From Verrucomicrobiales bacterium (GTDB taxonomy: Bacteria > Verrucomicrobiota > Verrucomicrobiia > Verrucomicrobiales > V1-33): a stretch of 64,000 nucleotides of DNA. A program made the translations under genes and the position numbers. The notes below the pieces were generated by a model that worked only from the letters and a program-made list of their open reading frames with translations, was not told where the DNA came from and did no database searches. The stretch lies in assembly GCA_018003315.1 (NCBI GenBank), contig JAGNEJ010000002.1:27267-91266 (forward strand). The letters run 5' to 3'. This document shows, in pieces, positions 62,078 through 64,000 of the stretch (the stretch's first letter is position 1; each line of letters starts with the position of its first letter).

Positions 62078-62995
62078 TCATCGCCCGGCCCCTTTCTTGC
62101 GGCGGATGCGGCCAAGCAGAAAATTAGTTAGCATCCCCTCGGCGCTCTGGTCGAGGTAAGTGAGGTGGTAATCGACGTCGAATTCGCGGCAGCCGTGGCC
62201 GAGGGCGTCGAGGTGGTTGCGCACCGCCTCGCAGTAGGCCTCGCGCAATACCGCCGGGTCGGTGATCAGATCCATCCCGGTTTCCATGTCCACGAAACGG
62301 ATGGGCCGCGAGAAATCGAAATGGTATTCCTGGCGGTCCAGCAGGTGGAACACCGCGACATCGTGCTTGTAGAAGCGCAGGTGCTTGAAGCATCCTAGCA
62401 GGTCCGCCACCTCCGTGAAGAGATCGGAAATGACCACCACGAGGCTGCGCTGGTGAATCCGTTCGGCCAGCTCATGCAGGGTCCGCACGATGTTCGTTTC
62501 CCCCTGCGGCGTCGCCTCGGCCAGGGTGTCGTAGATGAGGCGCAGGTGGGATGGCGTGTGCTTTGGCTTGAGTTCCTGAAGCGTCTTGTCCGCAAAGAGC
62601 GACAGCCCCACGGCATCGCCCTGGTGGATGAGCAAGTGGGTCAGGGTGGCCGCCACCTGCCGGGCGTAGTCGAAGCGCGTCCGGTTGCCGCTGGAAAATT
62701 TCATCGAGGCACTGGTGTCCACCACCAGGTAGCAGCGCAGGTTGGTGTCGGCCTCGAATTCACGGATGAAAAATTTGTCCGTCCGCCCGAAAACCCGCCA
62801 GTCGATGAATTTCGGATCGTCGCCCGGAACATATTTCCGGTATTCGGCAAACTCCACCGAGGAGCCGCGCGTCGCCGACTTGTGCAGACCGGTGATGGAC
62901 CCGAGCATGGGATTGCGGGCATGCATTTCCAGCCGGGCGAGGCGGGAAACCATGCCCATGTCGAGGAAATCCCAGTGATGTTCGGTGCCAGCCAT
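62078..62995 (-). CDS. DUF58 domain protein
   Basis: GSSVEFAEYRKYVPGDDPKFIDWRVFGRTDKFFIREFE and LVVDTSASM form the typical DUF58 core. It lies downstream of MoxR. Confidence 0.85.
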   Translation of the reverse strand: MAGTEHHWDFLDMGMVSRLARLEMHARNPMLGSITGLHKSATRGSSVEFAEYRKYVPGDDPKFIDWRVFGRTDKFFIREFEADTNLRCYLVVDTSASMKFSSGNRTRFDYARQVAATLTHLLIHQGDAVGLSLFADKTLQELKPKHTPSHLRLIYDTLAEATPQGETNIVRTLHELAERIHQRSLVVVISDLFTEVADLLGCFKHLRFYKHDVAVFHLLDRQEYHFDFSRPIRFVDMETGMDLITDPAVLREAYCEAVRNHLDALGHGCREFDVDYHLTYLDQSAEGMLTNFLLGRIRRKKGAGR

Positions 62996-63074
62996 GCCGT
63001 TTCGGGAGGATCGCGGGTTGCCCTGTCAGCCGTCGGCAGAGCGCCGAACGGTGCGTTGACAGGCCTGCTGTGGA

Positions 63075-64000
63075 TTATTCCGGCGTTTCCGCAATGATGC
63101 GGCGGATGATTTCCGCACTGTTGATGCCTTCACTTTCCGCGTGGAAGTTGACCAGGATGCGGTGCATCAGCACCGGTTCCGCCACGGCATGCACGTCTTC
63201 CGTGCGGACCAGATAGCTGCCCTGCAGCACCGCCCGCGCCTTGGCACCCAGCACCAGATATTGCACCGCACGCGGTCCGGGCCCCCACTGCACCCATTTG
63301 CGGATCCAGTCCGGTGCCTCTTCGCCGCCGGGGCGGCAGCGGCGCACCAGTTTCACGCACCGCTCATAAACGTGATCCGGCACCGGCATGCGCCGCACCA
63401 CGTCCTGAAAACGCAGAATGTCGTGGCCGCTGATCACCTTTTCCAGCCTGGGCGGCGCTCCTCCCGTGGTGGTTTTTGCAATCTGCAGTTCCTCGGCGGC
63501 AGTCGGGTAGCCGACATTGATGAGAAACATGAACCGGTCCAACTGCGCTTCCGGCAGCGGATAGGTGCCTTCCTGTTCAATGGGGTTCTGGGTGGCCAGC
63601 ACGAAGAAGGGCGGCTCCAGATCAAAACTGTGTTTCCCGGCATTGACCTTCTGTTCCTGCATCGCCTGGAGCAGTGCCGCCTGGGTTTTCGGCGGGGTGC
63701 GGTTGATTTCATCGGCCAGCACGATGTTGGCAAAAATCGGCCCCTTCACGAATTCAAAGGCACGGCGTCCCGGAACGTCCGTTTCCTGGAGGATTTCCGT
63801 GCCGGTGATGTCGCTGGGCATGAGGTCGGGGGTGAATTGAATGCGGTTGAAGCTCAGGCTCATCAGTTCTGACAGCGAGTGAATGAGCAGGGTTTTCGCC
63901 AGGCCGGGCACTCCCATGAGCAGGGCATGTCCCCGGGAGAAAATGCAGATGAGCAGTTTGTCGATCACAACATCCTGGCCAATGATGACCTTTGCCAGCT
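63075..64000 (-). CDS. MoxR-family AAA+ ATPase; 5' end outside window
   Basis: The frame stays open to the window edge. Motifs are [13 protein letters not shown] (Walker A), [11 protein letters not shown] (Walker B) and [22 protein letters not shown]. The track's M at 63968 is internal. Confidence 0.9.
   Translation of the reverse strand, partial: LAKVIIGQDVVIDKLLICIFSRGHALLMGVPGLAKTLLIHSLSELMSLSFNRIQFTPDLMPSDITGTEILQETDVPGRRAFEFVKGPIFANIVLADEINRTPPKTQAALLQAMQEQKVNAGKHSFDLEPPFFVLATQNPIEQEGTYPLPEAQLDRFMFLINVGYPTAAEELQIAKTTTGGAPPRLEKVISGHDILRFQDVVRRMPVPDHVYERCVKLVRRCRPGGEEAPDWIRKWVQWGPGPRAVQYLVLGAKARAVLQGSYLVRTEDVHAVAEPVLMHRILVNFHAESEGINSAEIIRRIIAETPE

Noticed and set aside
58613-62159. Plus-strand ORFs 58613..59743, 59592..60845 and 60846..62159
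   Set aside because: They are antisense to the vWA/BatA genes of the Bat-type operon. No motifs, and the composition bias is typical of high-GC antisense ORFs.

Overview
High-GC bacterial chromosomal window, by eye about 60-65% GC. The gene content looks like Verrucomicrobiota or another PVC-group organism: a PEP-CTERM protein, tandem DUF1080, a Planctomycete/Verrucomicrobial-type ECF sigma with a TPR Ser/Thr kinase, LTD-CotH giant proteins, a MoxR-DUF58-BatA-vWA operon, and a Chlamydia-like permease-DtxR fusion. I call about 45 protein-coding genes, one decayed ISL3-family insertion sequence, three intrinsic-terminator-like hairpins and two Gly/Ala repeat arrays. I found no rRNA, tRNA or CRISPR by eye. 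Housekeeping genes include xseB, dxs, ssb, thiE, mnmE, GTP-PEPCK, rsmB-like, an R3H/KH protein, an RpoD-family sigma and acpP. Several gene pairs overlap by ATGA or GTGA (3896, 14324, 23393, 34408, 51686, 56789), which supports operon structure. The ORF track allows GTG/TTG starts and omits ORFs with no stop in the window. It therefore misses the largest gene at the left edge, which I translated by hand. The most interesting locus is at 1-5233 on the minus strand. A SIR2-like/TIR two-domain effector gene is translationally coupled to an nSTAND1-type STAND NTPase with a long WD40 array. This looks like a split, Avs/NLR-like candidate immune module that I do not recognise as a named system. Other notable items: an ECF-sigma / IS-relic / two giant IVAPGAGG-repeat proteins / TPR-kinase locus (36988-49431); a YtgCR-like metal ABC permease-DtxR fusion (49462-52672); a kinase-MurQ fusion preceded by a large terminator-like leader hairpin (15195-17274); and a C-terminal module shared by three giant secreted proteins. 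Many long ORFs in the track are antisense shadows of real genes, typical of high-GC DNA, and were rejected.
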